A program made the translations under genes and the position numbers. A stretch of 16,900 bases of DNA from Elusimicrobiota bacterium. Its GTDB lineage: Bacteria; Elusimicrobiota; Elusimicrobia; UBA1565. Below, piece by piece: positions 16,492-16,900 of this stretch. The stretch's first letter is position 1. Each line of letters starts with the position of its first letter. The stretch is from positions 1 to 16,900 of the forward strand of contig JBDREN010000005.1 of assembly GCA_043819795.1 (NCBI GenBank), in the 5' to 3' direction. The notes beneath the pieces were generated by a model. The model had not been told where the DNA came from and ran no database searches. It worked only from the letters and a program-made list of their open reading frames with translations.

Positions 16492-16900
16492 GGCGGCGCG
16501 GCCCTATACCGGGGCGGAGCGGCTCGCGGCATCGCCGCGATCCCGCCCCGCGAACGGATCGACCGTTCTAAGTATGGCCGAAAAGCTCGGGACTTCAAGG
16601 GCCGGCATGACGACGGGACTGTATCTCCAAAAACGGGAAAGCCTCACGGAATCGTCGTCCACCGGCGTCGTGCAGCCCCGCCATCTCCGGCTCGCCTACG
16701 CTCTAAGGAACTCGAACGACGGCTTCCCCGCACCCGATCGAGGGACGCGCTCTCTCGGGCCCTTTGGGGAAAGCGGCGGAAGGCCTAAAAACGGCTTTCC
16801 GTTGGGCCGCTCGGCCCTTCCTTCAGTGGCCCGGACTCAGGCATAGTATCGGCCGAAGCGCATGCAAACGATCCGACCTTCCGTCGCCGCGCGAGCGCCG

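Noticed and set aside
16490..16846. Plus-strand ORFs at the right end and a GGGCC-N4-GGCCC palindrome near 16803-16816
   Set aside because: No RBS or protein-like composition; GC palindromes are common in such DNA and could not be supported as a motif from this window alone.

Overview
GC-rich bacterial window; the style of the giant low-complexity secreted protein suggests Elusimicrobiota, but this is inference only. The left half (about 1-8000) is a decaying integration hotspot. It holds transposase remnants (an unclassified C-terminus, IS701-type, IS21-type), two orphan tRNA-Gly(CCC) 3' fragments, and three families of non-coding direct repeats (A, B, C). A and B carry GTCGACA repeats at 11-bp period and bracket cargo: an 8-repeat SBBP beta-propeller protein, an AAA+/DUF4143-type ATPase and a Phd/YefM-RelE toxin-antitoxin pair. 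This looks like a tandem array of small integrase-less tRNA-targeted cassettes. The right half encodes a 1530-aa fusion (signal peptide, Ala/Pro linker, radical SAM, nucleoside phosphorylase-like, degenerate M50/site-2-protease membrane domain), a secreted protein with a duplicated unrecognised domain, a GH100/amylo-1,6-glucosidase-like hydrolase and a TIM-barrel sugar isomerase. Alignments and counts were done by eye; no database searches were run.
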